Program-made: the position numbers and the translations under genes
In this document: piece by piece, positions 18,070 to 28,371 of the stretch
How the letters are laid out: each line of letters opens with the position of its first letter
Numbering within the stretch: the first letter of the stretch is position 1
The notes under the pieces: model-generated
Seen by the model: the letters and a program-made list of their open reading frames with translations, nothing else
Told to the model about the DNA's origin: nothing
The model's database searches: none
Origin: an uncultured Candidatus Saccharibacteria bacterium
GTDB taxonomy: Bacteria; Patescibacteriota; Minisyncoccia; Phycocordibacterales; Zambryskibacteraceae
Direction: 5' to 3'
Assembly (NCBI GenBank): GCA_964355645.1
Contig: CAYHDI010000004.1
Span: 1 to 48,346 of the forward strand
Length of the DNA: 48,346 bases

Positions 18070-18894
18070 ATGCACGACCAAATCACAATTATTCGTCCGA
18101 AGAAAATGTTCAGCTGGAACGATATTCGTGAGATATGGCAATACAAAGAACTTCTGTATTTCTTCACTTGGAGAGATTTGAAGGTTAGGTATAAACAAAC
18201 AGCCATCGGCGTCGCTTGGGCCATCTTTCAGCCTTTCATGACCATGGTTGTGTTCAGTGTTTTCTTTGGAAACTTATTAAAAGTCCCGTCTGATAATATC
18301 CCCTATCCGATTTTCGTTTATACAGGTCTTCTTTTCTGGCAATTTTTCTCTGGCGCGCTTTCGAGCACGGCGGGTACCTTAATCTCGAACCAATCCATCA
18401 TTACGAAAGTTTATTTTCCGCGCCTCATTCTTCCACTTTCGGCAGTAGTGACTGAATTAGTTGATTTCTTTGTGGCTGGATTGATGCTCGTAGTTCTCAT
18501 GTTTTATTTCCATTACACCCCGCACCTTATAGGATTGCTTATTTTACCCTTGCTCTTGTTAATCACTTTTCTGGCCGCTGTTGGTGGTGGACTTTTCCTC
18601 GCTTCAATTAACGTGAAATACCGCGATGTCCGCTATATCCTTCCCTACTTTATTCAAATTCTTCTTTTCCTTACCCCCGTCATTTATCCCTCAAGCATCG
18701 CTGGGAAATGGTCTTGGATATTAGCTGCCAACCCCATGACTGGAGTGATTAAAGCCGCGCGTGGAGCGCTTCTCGGCACCGAGCCCGTGAATTGGCTCTT
18801 GCTTCTTATTTCTTTCGTCGCTGTTTCAATCCTCATGATTGTAGGGGTATATTTCTTCAAAAAAACTGAGAGATATTTCGCCGATATAGTATAA
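18070..18894 (+). CDS. wzm: Polysaccharide ABC transporter permease
   Basis: RDLKVRYKQTAIGVAWA, six TM helices, YRDVRY, TPVIYP, NPMTGVI. Confidence 0.93.
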   Translation: MHDQITIIRPKKMFSWNDIREIWQYKELLYFFTWRDLKVRYKQTAIGVAWAIFQPFMTMVVFSVFFGNLLKVPSDNIPYPIFVYTGLLFWQFFSGALSSTAGTLISNQSIITKVYFPRLILPLSAVVTELVDFFVAGLMLVVLMFYFHYTPHLIGLLILPLLLLITFLAAVGGGLFLASINVKYRDVRYILPYFIQILLFLTPVIYPSSIAGKWSWILAANPMTGVIKAARGALLGTEPVNWLLLLISFVAVSILMIVGVYFFKKTERYFADIV

Positions 18895-18908
18895 CTTTAT
18901 AGACTATC

Positions 18909-20180
18909 ATGATCCCTATCATTGAAATAAAAGATTTGTCCAAAAGATACGATATCACGCATCAACGTGGAGGATACGTTGCTCTACGCGACGTTATAGC
19001 CGGAGTTTTCAAAAACCCATTTAAATTTCTTAAACACAAAACTAAAATAATTTTAGGTAGAGAAACCAAAGAGGAATTCTGGGCTCTGAAAGATATAAAT
19101 TTCACTGTTCACAAGGGAGAAGCAATTGGAATTATCGGAGCAAATGGCGCAGGGAAATCTACTCTTTTAAAAATTTTATCGAAAATTACTCCTCCAACCA
19201 CGGGCGAAGTTATTCTTCGTGGTCGAGTAGCTTCTCTACTCGAAGTTGGCACTGGTTTTCACCCAGAACTCACTGGACGAGAAAATATTTTCCTCAACGG
19301 TGCCATTCTCGGCATGTCGAGTAAGGAAATGGCCAAAAAGTTTGATGATATCGTAAAATTTTCGGGGGTGGAAAAATTTCTTGATACCCCGGTAAAAAGA
19401 TATTCTTCTGGGATGTATGTCCGCCTCGCCTTCTCCGTCGCTGCACACATGGAGCCTGATATATTAATCGTGGATGAAGTGCTCGCGGTCGGAGACGCAG
19501 AATTTCAGAAGAAATGTTTGGGCAAGATGGACGAAGTCGCACAAACCGAGGGACGCACCGTGCTTTTTGTAAGCCACAACATGAGTGCTATCCAAAGTTT
19601 ATGCCAGAAAACTATCCTTTTAGAAAATGGCAAAATAAAAATGATTGGAGACACGACCAAGGTTGTTGCGGGATATCTTGAGAATAATCCCCTAACTCAA
19701 AATGAGGAATCACTTCGCGCGCGACGAGATCGAAAAGGGGGGGGGAGGGTTAAATTTACTACTTTTTGGATAGAAAATAATGATGGACAAAAAATAAAAA
19801 CCCTGATAAATGGAGGTTTTTACACATTTTGTTTTGGTTACGAATCATTAGAACAATACCAACCCAAAGATTTAAACATAGATATGGCCATTTCTCAGAG
19901 CGACAACTCTCCGTTAATATTTATATCAACAAAATTTCAACAAGGAATAAAAACCCCCCCAACACATGGTGTGATTCGATGTTCTATTCCTCAGAAGTTT
20001 CCTCTGGCTGAAGGTGTATACAACATTTCGATTAACTTGTTCTCAGGGGGTAATCAGGAGGATTTTATTAAACGTTTCTCATCGTTTGAAGTGAAAGATG
20101 GGAATTTCTTTCCTGGTGGTATTATGGTCAAACACAGTCCAATTTATTTAGAACAAAAATGGTCTATAAACAATGAATAA
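18909..20180 (+). CDS. wzt: Polysaccharide ABC transporter ATPase with C-terminal (Wzt-C) domain
   Basis: GANGAGKST, YSSGMYVRLAFS, IVDEVLAVGDAEF, plus a ~150-aa beta-rich C-terminal extension. Confidence 0.93.
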   Translation: MIPIIEIKDLSKRYDITHQRGGYVALRDVIAGVFKNPFKFLKHKTKIILGRETKEEFWALKDINFTVHKGEAIGIIGANGAGKSTLLKILSKITPPTTGEVILRGRVASLLEVGTGFHPELTGRENIFLNGAILGMSSKEMAKKFDDIVKFSGVEKFLDTPVKRYSSGMYVRLAFSVAAHMEPDILIVDEVLAVGDAEFQKKCLGKMDEVAQTEGRTVLFVSHNMSAIQSLCQKTILLENGKIKMIGDTTKVVAGYLENNPLTQNEESLRARRDRKGGGRVKFTTFWIENNDGQKIKTLINGGFYTFCFGYESLEQYQPKDLNIDMAISQSDNSPLIFISTKFQQGIKTPPTHGVIRCSIPQKFPLAEGVYNISINLFSGGNQEDFIKRFSSFEVKDGNFFPGGIMVKHSPIYLEQKWSINNE

Positions 20181-20865
20181 TAAGAAACTTGAAAATAAAT
20201 ATGTCGCCACCAGTATGGCTCGAGAAGATCAGGCTGTGTTTGATTTTCTGGTTACCTTAAAAAAGGGTATGACTTATGAATGGCTCGAAGCCGGAGCGGG
20301 CCTCGGTAGATTCGCTTTTTTAGTTAAAAATGAATCCCCTAAAAATTTAAAAGCAAATATCGTTTGTTTAGAAATTAACAAAAAATTAGTTGATCATTTG
20401 GAAAAAACTGGTTTGCAAACCATTAATGAATCAGTACAAAGAATGTCTTTTAACGACGAAACATTTGATTTGGTCCATGCCTCCCATTTGATAGAACATT
20501 TTAGTTATCCAACAATTATAGATGTTCTTGATGAACTGTTTAGGGTTACTAAGAAAAACGGATACGTCATAATACGGAGTCCGCTGATGTACTCTGGTTT
20601 CTGGAACGATATTGATCATGTTCGACCTTATCCACCCAAATGCATACTTCAATATTTTGATCATGCCCAACAACAACGAGGCGGACAAAGCAAAATTCGG
20701 TTAATTCATTCATGGCTTAGGCAGGAAGCCATTACCTTAAATTCACCCAATTGGCCGGGATTTTTGTCATGGCCGATTAATTGGTTATTAAAAAGTTTAT
20801 GGATTGCGACTGGTTACCCAAGAGATAGGGCGAATGGGTATGTTGCTGTTTTCCAAAAAATATGA
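20173..20865 (+). CDS. Class I SAM-dependent methyltransferase
   Basis: LEAGAGLG, FDLVHASHLIEH, DIDHVRPY. Confidence 0.82.
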   Translation: MNNKKLENKYVATSMAREDQAVFDFLVTLKKGMTYEWLEAGAGLGRFAFLVKNESPKNLKANIVCLEINKKLVDHLEKTGLQTINESVQRMSFNDETFDLVHASHLIEHFSYPTIIDVLDELFRVTKKNGYVIIRSPLMYSGFWNDIDHVRPYPPKCILQYFDHAQQQRGGQSKIRLIHSWLRQEAITLNSPNWPGFLSWPINWLLKSLWIATGYPRDRANGYVAVFQKI

Positions 20866-21971
20866 AAATTTTGATTGTAGATATATATTATTCTGATTTT
20901 CTAAATAGTTTTTATAAGAAATATTCAGAAATAAAACGTGATTCCTATAATAATCACAAAGACAAAATATTAGCAGAATGTTTTGGTACTTCTGATTTTT
21001 ATTCTAAAAACTTAAAAAAGGTTGGGGTTGATGCAGAGGATATTATCTCCAATGCAGAAATACTCCAAAAAAAATGGGCCAAAGAAAATAAGATTAAATA
21101 CAAAAAAAATTATTTTTCTAAAATTCCTAAACTTCGAAATTGGTTTAAATCGGATTGGGAAGATATCATACTCGCAGCCCAAATCAAGGCCTATAACCCA
21201 GATGTTATATATAGCCAGAAACTAGGCCTCCCCAGCAAGAAAGTTATAGAAATGAGCGGAATAAAACCCAAACTTATTGTTGGTCAAGTAGCTTGCCCCA
21301 TTGATTTTGATAAAGAAAAATTAGGATATTATGATCTTATTCTTACATCGTTTCCACATTTTGTAGAAAAGTTTAAAAATATTGGAATAAATAGTGAATA
21401 TTTTAAAATCGGATTCGAAGAAAGTGTTTTATCCAAACTAAAAAAAGAAGAGACACAACATGATGCGGTATTTGTGGGGGGATTTTCTAGACACCACAAC
21501 AAAGTTATAGACCTTTTTGAATACTTGGCCAAGAACACTAGTATAGATTTTTGGGGATATGGTGCAGGTAAACTTCCATTAAATTCTCCCATTAAATCAA
21601 GACATCATGGTGAAGCGTGGGGCATTGATATGTACAATATTCTTTATAATTCCAAAATATCAGTAAATAGGCACATCGATGCGGCTGAAAACTTTGCTAA
21701 TAATATGCGGCTATACGAATCAACTGGAGTTGGGACACTGCTCATCACCGAACATAAGGATAACATTGAAGGATTGTTCGAGGTAAACAGAGAAATTGTC
21801 ACCTATCACTCTAATGAAGAACTTTTAGAGAAAATAAACTATTATTTAGAGCACGAGGACGAGAGAACGAGAATCGCTGAGGCAGGACAAAAGCGTACTC
21901 TTCGAGATCATACTTATGCAGTGAGAATGCGTGAATTAAAAGAAATCCTTGAGCGTTACCTAACAAAATAA
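20862..21971 (+). CDS. Glycosyltransferase, CgeB/YkvP (Glyco_trans_1_2) type
   Basis: C-terminal SKISVNRHID...NMRLYESTGVGTLLITE...RIAEAGQKRTLRDHTY. Confidence 0.8.
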   Translation: MKILIVDIYYSDFLNSFYKKYSEIKRDSYNNHKDKILAECFGTSDFYSKNLKKVGVDAEDIISNAEILQKKWAKENKIKYKKNYFSKIPKLRNWFKSDWEDIILAAQIKAYNPDVIYSQKLGLPSKKVIEMSGIKPKLIVGQVACPIDFDKEKLGYYDLILTSFPHFVEKFKNIGINSEYFKIGFEESVLSKLKKEETQHDAVFVGGFSRHHNKVIDLFEYLAKNTSIDFWGYGAGKLPLNSPIKSRHHGEAWGIDMYNILYNSKISVNRHIDAAENFANNMRLYESTGVGTLLITEHKDNIEGLFEVNREIVTYHSNEELLEKINYYLEHEDERTRIAEAGQKRTLRDHTYAVRMRELKEILERYLTK

Positions 21972-21976
21972 TTATT

Positions 21977-22747
21977 ATGTTTGAAAAACTAATTATCACC
22001 ATTTTGGGAAGGAGAAATGCAGATAAATTGATTCTGATTTTAAATCGTTGGGTTAGAAAACTAAGCTATTCGTTGCACGGTGCCCAACAGGCTATCCAAT
22101 GGAACACCCCCACTCCTCCTGAATGGTATGACCATTATATTGATCTTCATTATTATTGGAAAAAGAAAGGTATTGCCTTGTGGCTTGAACGAGGCATTTT
22201 CAATTTGCTTGCCATGAAGCAGGGTGCGCGGGTGCTTGAACTTTGCTGTGGAGATGGATTCAATGCGTATCATTTCTATTCATATAGGGCCTCGAGTGTG
22301 GTCGCCGTCGACTTTGATCCCAAGGCCATCGAGCATGCCAAGGAAAATAACCAGGCCAAAAACATTAAATTCGAAGTGGCAGACATAAGGACGGATATGC
22401 CCAAAGGAATTTTCGACAATATTTTGTGGGATGCAGCTATAGAACACTTTACCGCCGATGAGATTGATTCACTCATGAACGAGATTAAAAAACGTTTAAA
22501 TCACGAGGGAATTTTAAGTGGATACACTATATTAGAAATAGAACCTGGGCATGGTCTTATTCATCACGAGACAGAGTTCAAATCCAAAGAAGATTTGATG
22601 CGTTTTTTCACCCCGTACTTCAAACATGTGCGCGTCTTTGAAACGGTTTATTCTTCAAGGCACAATCTTTATTTCTATGCTTCGGATAATGCCACCCTCC
22701 CATTCGAAAATAACTGGCCAAATTCCATATCACAAAATAAAACATGA
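21977..22747 (+). CDS. Class I SAM-dependent methyltransferase
   Basis: VLELCCGDG, VVAVDFD, FDNILWDAAIEHF. Confidence 0.82.
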   Translation: MFEKLIITILGRRNADKLILILNRWVRKLSYSLHGAQQAIQWNTPTPPEWYDHYIDLHYYWKKKGIALWLERGIFNLLAMKQGARVLELCCGDGFNAYHFYSYRASSVVAVDFDPKAIEHAKENNQAKNIKFEVADIRTDMPKGIFDNILWDAAIEHFTADEIDSLMNEIKKRLNHEGILSGYTILEIEPGHGLIHHETEFKSKEDLMRFFTPYFKHVRVFETVYSSRHNLYFYASDNATLPFENNWPNSISQNKT

Positions 22748-23547
22748 AAACTTTTCTAAAAAAATATTTGCCTGCTCCAATATTCAAATTGGGTAAGTTT
22801 GTTTGGAAAATATTCCACAAAGATGAGCCCGGTGTTTCTTATGGTCACAAACATATTAAAGACCCAGATCGAGAAAAATTAAAAGAGATTTTCTCAAACG
22901 CATGGAAGGATAAAAAAATTCCACCTCAACAATTAAAACTGACCCTTAGAGAAATGCCTCACTACAATGATATCCCGGCTGTCAGTGCCTTTATAAATTT
23001 AGTTAAGGAAACAAAAATAAATAATCCTTCTATTCTTGAAATCGGATGTTCAACGGGTTATTACTCAGAATTCCTTGAAAAGGCTGGGATAAACACTTGC
23101 TATGAGGGTTGCGATTATTCTGAAGCCTTTATAGATGTGGCTCGTGAAAGACATCCACACATTAAATTCAAAGTAGAAGACTCCACCAAGCTCGGGTATA
23201 AAGATAATTCGTTTGATATAGCCGTTTCGGGATGTTGTATCCTCCATATTATTGATTATGAGAAAGCTATTGCTGAAACGGCCAGAGTGGCCAAGGACTT
23301 CGCTTTGTTCAGTCGAACTCCTGTTATTCATTCAGAGAAAACTTCTTTCTTTGAGAAGATTGGATACGGCGTTCCTATGGTAGAAATTGTTTTTAATGAA
23401 GAAGAATTGGTACAACTTTTTCATAAATATGGGTTATCAGTAGTAGCTATTAATACCAATCATCAATACGAACTTCCAGACATTAAAGAGCCGTGTTTTA
23501 TAAAAAGTTATTTGTGCCAGAAAATTTCTTCCTATGACCAAAATTAA
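22744..23547 (+). CDS. Class I SAM-dependent methyltransferase
   Basis: ILEIGCSTGYYS, YEGCDYSE, FDIAVSGCCILHI. Confidence 0.82.
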   Translation: MKTFLKKYLPAPIFKLGKFVWKIFHKDEPGVSYGHKHIKDPDREKLKEIFSNAWKDKKIPPQQLKLTLREMPHYNDIPAVSAFINLVKETKINNPSILEIGCSTGYYSEFLEKAGINTCYEGCDYSEAFIDVARERHPHIKFKVEDSTKLGYKDNSFDIAVSGCCILHIIDYEKAIAETARVAKDFALFSRTPVIHSEKTSFFEKIGYGVPMVEIVFNEEELVQLFHKYGLSVVAINTNHQYELPDIKEPCFIKSYLCQKISSYDQN

Positions 23548-24310
23548 AACTTTAATAAAAAAGGTTTCGGGCTTAAAGACAATATTGATTTATTGGCGTT
23601 CGATGAGACCCGAACACCCTTGGTTTGAAAAATTAAAATTACTCAAACATTTTTCAAAGGATTGGAAAACCTATCATTTAATAAAAAGAAATGAGGCTTT
23701 CATTCTCAAAAATGAAATTCTCAAGCCAATGATATTTGATCGAACGAATGAGACACTAATTGACCCAGTTTATTTTTATCAAAATGCATGGTGTGCCAGA
23801 AAGGTGTTTGAAAACAAGCCCACTAAACACATAGATGTGGGCTCTGATTCAAAATTGGTTGGCATCTTGTCTCAATTTGTTCCAACGACAATGGTTGATA
23901 TTCGTCCTGTAAATTTAAATATGCTGGGATTTTCGTTTGTGAAGGGCGACATCACTTCACTTCCTTTTAAAGACGAAGAGATAATTTCTCTAAGTTCAAT
24001 TTGTGTAATAGAACATATTGGTTTGGGTAGATATGGAGATACCATGGATCAATTCGGGACAGAAAAAGCAGTTGGAGAGCTTTTTAGAGTTTTGGGCAAA
24101 AATGGAAATCTTTATATATCAGTACCTGTAGATAGTGAGAATCGGATATACTTCAATGCACATCGGGCTTTTACTCGAGAATATATTCTGTCTCTCTTTT
24201 CGGGATTAAAACTGATTGAAGAGAAATATATTTATGGTCGAGAACTTCAAAATGACTATGCTCCGGTCAAGGGTTTCGGCACGGGTTTATTCTACTTTAA
24301 AAAGATATAA
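23534..24310 (+). CDS. DUF268-type methyltransferase-like protein
   Basis: HIDVGS, VDIRP, SLSSICVIEHIGLGRYGD, YFNAHR. Confidence 0.78.
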   Translation: MTKIKTLIKKVSGLKTILIYWRSMRPEHPWFEKLKLLKHFSKDWKTYHLIKRNEAFILKNEILKPMIFDRTNETLIDPVYFYQNAWCARKVFENKPTKHIDVGSDSKLVGILSQFVPTTMVDIRPVNLNMLGFSFVKGDITSLPFKDEEIISLSSICVIEHIGLGRYGDTMDQFGTEKAVGELFRVLGKNGNLYISVPVDSENRIYFNAHRAFTREYILSLFSGLKLIEEKYIYGRELQNDYAPVKGFGTGLFYFKKI

Positions 24311-24318
24311 TTCGTGTT

Positions 24319-25095
24319 ATGAAAAAGGCTCTCGAAAAAATAGTGAGAAATGTGGAAACCAATAATGCCTTCAATCCGAGATGGTATTCCATTATTTTTC
24401 ATCCTTTCTACATAACGAGAATGGCTTTGTTTAATAGGATAAAAGCCTTCGCTGACACACTTAAACCAAACCAAAGGATTCTCGACGTTGGTTGTGGAAC
24501 GAAGCCTTATGAATCACTTTTTAAAACCAAAGATTTTGTTGGGATAGATGTAGAAGGAGGTGGTCTGGATGATAAAAAGAAATCGGTTGATACGTACTTC
24601 GACGGAGAACATATTCCCTTCCCTGATAATGAGTTCGATGTGGTCATTGCGACTGAAGTATTCGAACACGTGAGCAATCTTGATTTATTGACCCAGGAAA
24701 TTCATAGGGTTTTAAAAAAGAACGGCCAAGTGCTCATTACCATGCCGTTTGTTTGGTCTGAACACAGTGTGCCGTATGATTTTAGAAGGTTTACTTCTTT
24801 CGGTCACAAGAAGAACCTGACCGAGCATCATTTTCATTCGATTGAAACTCGTCCAACAACCGGGGTCTTCGGGACCAGCGGACAGATCATCTCGGATTTC
24901 ATTGCTGTCAGCTCTTTTAATTGGATAGAAAGGATGCCGTCCTCCGGTTTGGGCTATAAATTTAAATTTGTTTTGGAAAGATTGATTGTTATCCTGTTTT
25001 GCTTCCCCATCCAATTGGTCTTCCTCTGTTTGGATAAGGTCTTTGGACATCGAGGAATCACTTTGGACTTTATAGTGACCGCCAAAAAATCATGA
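24319..25095 (+). CDS. Methyltransferase type 11
   Basis: ILDVGCGTKPY, FDVVIATEVFEHV, PYDFRRFT. Confidence 0.85.
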   Translation: MKKALEKIVRNVETNNAFNPRWYSIIFHPFYITRMALFNRIKAFADTLKPNQRILDVGCGTKPYESLFKTKDFVGIDVEGGGLDDKKKSVDTYFDGEHIPFPDNEFDVVIATEVFEHVSNLDLLTQEIHRVLKKNGQVLITMPFVWSEHSVPYDFRRFTSFGHKKNLTEHHFHSIETRPTTGVFGTSGQIISDFIAVSSFNWIERMPSSGLGYKFKFVLERLIVILFCFPIQLVFLCLDKVFGHRGITLDFIVTAKKS

Positions 25096-25889
25096 GGCGC
25101 TTATATTATTTTATGATTGGAAAGATGAAGTATCAAAATTTCTTTAGAAGAATTTATGATTTGGCCATCAAGGGTATGAATATCGGTGAGGGGGCGAATA
25201 TTCACGAGGACGGAGAAATGTTTGTTTTGGAATATATAAAAAATAAACTTTCAAAAAATAGAGCAGAAAATCTAGTGATATTCGACGTGGGTGCAAACAT
25301 TGGAGACTATACAGAAACAGTCACAGAAGTTTTTGTAGAACAAAAACCTAAAATTTATTCATTTGAACCATCAAAGAAAACCTTCGAACAATTAAAATCC
25401 CGACTCGGTTCGAATCAAAATATTAATCTTGAGTGTTTGGCTTTTGGTGAAGAAACTGGTTCCAAGAAATTATATTCGAGTGATGAACATTCCGGTTTAT
25501 CAAGCTTGTACAAAAGGCAGCTCGATCATTTCCTTATTTCTATGGACCAGAGTGAGGAAATCAAAATAGATACTCTGGATAATTTTTGTGAACAAAACAA
25601 TATCAAGCATATTCACTTTCTCAAATTGGATGTTGAGGGTCACGAACTTTCGGTTCTTAAGGGAGCGAAGAATATGATTGACTCTGGTAATATTGATTTT
25701 ATCCAATTTGAATTCGGAGGATGCAACATTGATTCACGAACTTATTTCCAAGATTTCTTCTATCTATTAAGTCCAAAATACAATCTTTATCGCATAGTTA
25801 AGGATGGGCTTTATCCTATAAAGAAATATGACGAGACCTTAGAAATATTTAGGACCACCAATTTCCTTGCTGAAAAAAATGAAATATAA
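25092..25889 (+). CDS. FkbM family methyltransferase
   Basis: IFDVGANIGDY, SFEPS, TLDNFC, LKLDVEGHELSVLKGA. Confidence 0.9.
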   Translation: MRRLYYFMIGKMKYQNFFRRIYDLAIKGMNIGEGANIHEDGEMFVLEYIKNKLSKNRAENLVIFDVGANIGDYTETVTEVFVEQKPKIYSFEPSKKTFEQLKSRLGSNQNINLECLAFGEETGSKKLYSSDEHSGLSSLYKRQLDHFLISMDQSEEIKIDTLDNFCEQNNIKHIHFLKLDVEGHELSVLKGAKNMIDSGNIDFIQFEFGGCNIDSRTYFQDFFYLLSPKYNLYRIVKDGLYPIKKYDETLEIFRTTNFLAEKNEI

Positions 25890-26931
25890 CTATTGCACAT
25901 TATTTGATAAAGGATTTCTTAATCGCTTCATTGCTCTACATGATTCGTTTGAGAAATATCATAAAGATGATTATAGACACTACGTGCTTTGTTTAGACAA
26001 CGAAACTTTAGACATTCTAACCGAAATGAATTTGCCTCACGTTATCCCCGTCCGGCGAAGTGATTTTGAATCATCAGAACTACTTGAAGTAAAGAAAACC
26101 AGAAGTTTGCGTGAATACAGCTGGACCCTATCATCTGTTTTTACCAAATACGTGCTTGATCATTTTGAAAACATAGAAATGGTGGCTTATGTTGATGCAG
26201 ATCTTTATTTCTATGATTCACCAGAAATAATCTTTGAAGACTTCGAAAGAGCCAATGCTTCTATTTTAATCATTCCACACAATCTACCTTCATGGAAAAA
26301 ACAAAAGGAAGAAGCTGTCGGGAAATACAACGTAGCCTTCAATATCTTTCGCAATGATGAGAACGGTCGAGCTTGTCTAAATTGGTGGGCAGAAAGCTGC
26401 ATAAAATGGTGCTATGAGATAGTCGAACCCAGTAGATTTGCGGACCAAAAATATCTTGATTATTTTAAAGAAAAGTTTAATGGTGTATTCGTTTATAATA
26501 ACAAGGGAGCAAACCTTGCTCCGTGGAATATTAAAAACTTTGTAGGAAAGATAAAAGAAAAACATGATTCAGTTTATGTAGATGGTGATAAACTTATTTT
26601 CTTCCATTTCTCTTCATTTAAATTATTTTTTCCAAAATCGTTTATTTTACCAAGCTCGCCTGTCATGGGTACATATGCAGACTATATCCTACCGAGCATT
26701 GAGAGAAAATTAATCTATAGCCCTTACACAGTAGCTCTGTATAAAGCAATGGATAAAATAAGAGCGGTTAGACCAAATTTTATTTTTGGCACTCTCCCCC
26801 GCCCAAATTTTTTGATTCAAATAAAAGATATTATTTTACCGATTGCCATAGATTCTATTAAAATTTCTGTAAAAAAAAATATACCTCTTTGGATTATTGA
26901 AAGAATTGGAGTAGCTAGAAATAAGCCCTGA
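25879..26931 (+). CDS. Putative GT-A glycosyltransferase
   Basis: YCTLFD, YVDADLYF (DxD), KYNVAF, FADQKYLD, NLAPWN, FFHFS. Confidence 0.7.
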   Translation: MKYNYCTLFDKGFLNRFIALHDSFEKYHKDDYRHYVLCLDNETLDILTEMNLPHVIPVRRSDFESSELLEVKKTRSLREYSWTLSSVFTKYVLDHFENIEMVAYVDADLYFYDSPEIIFEDFERANASILIIPHNLPSWKKQKEEAVGKYNVAFNIFRNDENGRACLNWWAESCIKWCYEIVEPSRFADQKYLDYFKEKFNGVFVYNNKGANLAPWNIKNFVGKIKEKHDSVYVDGDKLIFFHFSSFKLFFPKSFILPSSPVMGTYADYILPSIERKLIYSPYTVALYKAMDKIRAVRPNFIFGTLPRPNFLIQIKDIILPIAIDSIKISVKKNIPLWIIERIGVARNKP

Positions 26932-26941
26932 AAACAGTATA

Positions 26942-27946
26942 ATGAGTAAAATTATGACCGCAAAACGAATTTTGGTGACTGGAGGGTTGGGGTTTATTGG
27001 GAGCCATTTCGTGCAAATGGCTTTGGATAGAGGCTACTATGTGATAAACGTAGACAAAAAAACTTATGCTGCTCGAACTGATTTAAATTTTGATGGTAAT
27101 TCAAATTATGAATTTATTTATAAAGATATCTGTGACTTAAAAGAATTACCACAAAATATTGGATACCTTATTAACTTCGCAGCGGAATCTCATGTAGATA
27201 ATTCACTCAAAAATACTGCGAGTTTTTTTAAAAGCAATGTAGGTGGAGTTTATAACCTTTTAGAACTAGTTAGAGGAATTAAACCAGAAGAACGACCGAT
27301 ATTTATTCAAATTTCAACTGATGAGGTTTATGGGGACATTTTAGAAGGTAAACACATAGAGAAAGATATATTAAAACCATCAAGTCCTTATTCGGCAACC
27401 AAAGCGGCAGCCGATCAACTCGTGTTCGGCTGGGGTAGGAGTTATGGTATTAAATATCGCATCTGTCGAAGTGGCAACAACTACGGTTATGGTCAACAAG
27501 CCGAAAAGTTAATACCTCATACAATCAAGACTACAAATAAGGGGCAAAAAATGAAGATGCACGGGGATGGTTCATACAAACGCGAATGGATTTTTGTTGA
27601 TGATAATTGTGAAGGAATTTTCACTGTTTTGGAAAAAGGTAAAGACAACGAAATATACAATATTACTTCAAATGAAGAGCATACAAATCTTGAGGTGGTA
27701 AGAATGATTTTGAAAGACATGAATAAACCTGAAGACTTTTTTGAATTTGTGCCAAATCGACCCGGTCAGGATATCCGGTATTCTATTGATTCAGCCAAGA
27801 TTCGTGTTCTTGGATGGTCACCGAAAATGACTCTAAAGGGGTATATTCCTCTTTATCTTAAAAAATGTGAAGAAGTTGCCCAAACACAAAAACCGAATAG
27901 TTTAAAAAATAAATTGATAGCTAAAATTAATCACTGTATTAAATGA
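26942..27946 (+). CDS. rmlB: dTDP-glucose 4,6-dehydratase
   Basis: TGGLGFIGSHF, FAAESHVD, ISTDEVYG, SPYSATKA, RPGQDIRY. Confidence 0.88.
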   Translation: MSKIMTAKRILVTGGLGFIGSHFVQMALDRGYYVINVDKKTYAARTDLNFDGNSNYEFIYKDICDLKELPQNIGYLINFAAESHVDNSLKNTASFFKSNVGGVYNLLELVRGIKPEERPIFIQISTDEVYGDILEGKHIEKDILKPSSPYSATKAAADQLVFGWGRSYGIKYRICRSGNNYGYGQQAEKLIPHTIKTTNKGQKMKMHGDGSYKREWIFVDDNCEGIFTVLEKGKDNEIYNITSNEEHTNLEVVRMILKDMNKPEDFFEFVPNRPGQDIRYSIDSAKIRVLGWSPKMTLKGYIPLYLKKCEEVAQTQKPNSLKNKLIAKINHCIK

Positions 27947-28371
27947 CAATTCCACTATACAAAATAATAGACTTCCCCGGTTCAAACACAGGCAACGGTA
28001 TCCTCACCATGTACGAACATGGCCCCGGGGAAAAAGATTTGATTCCTTTTGAAATAAAAAAAATTTTAATCATGAGAGGCATGTCAGGCAAAGACATTCG
28101 AGGTGCACATACTCATCACAAAACTAACCAAATCCTCATTTCACTTCAAGGGGCTTGCACGGTCACTCTAGACAACGGTTTTGAAAAAAAAGAAATCCGA
28201 ATGGACAATCCAGATAAAGGCATCGTTTTGTATCCATACGTCTGGCATACTATGAAAGATTTCGATGATAATACAATTCTCATGGTGCTGGCTGATATGG
28301 TTTATGACGAGGTGGATTATATAAGGAATTACGATAATTTCCTTGGTTTTATAAAAAAACAAAAAAAATGA
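27943..28371 (+). CDS. fdtA: FdtA/QdtA-family cupin sugar 3,4-ketoisomerase
   Basis: IPFEIKK, RGAHTHH, LDNG, VWHTM, YIRNYDNF. Confidence 0.85.
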   Translation: MTIPLYKIIDFPGSNTGNGILTMYEHGPGEKDLIPFEIKKILIMRGMSGKDIRGAHTHHKTNQILISLQGACTVTLDNGFEKKEIRMDNPDKGIVLYPYVWHTMKDFDDNTILMVLADMVYDEVDYIRNYDNFLGFIKKQKK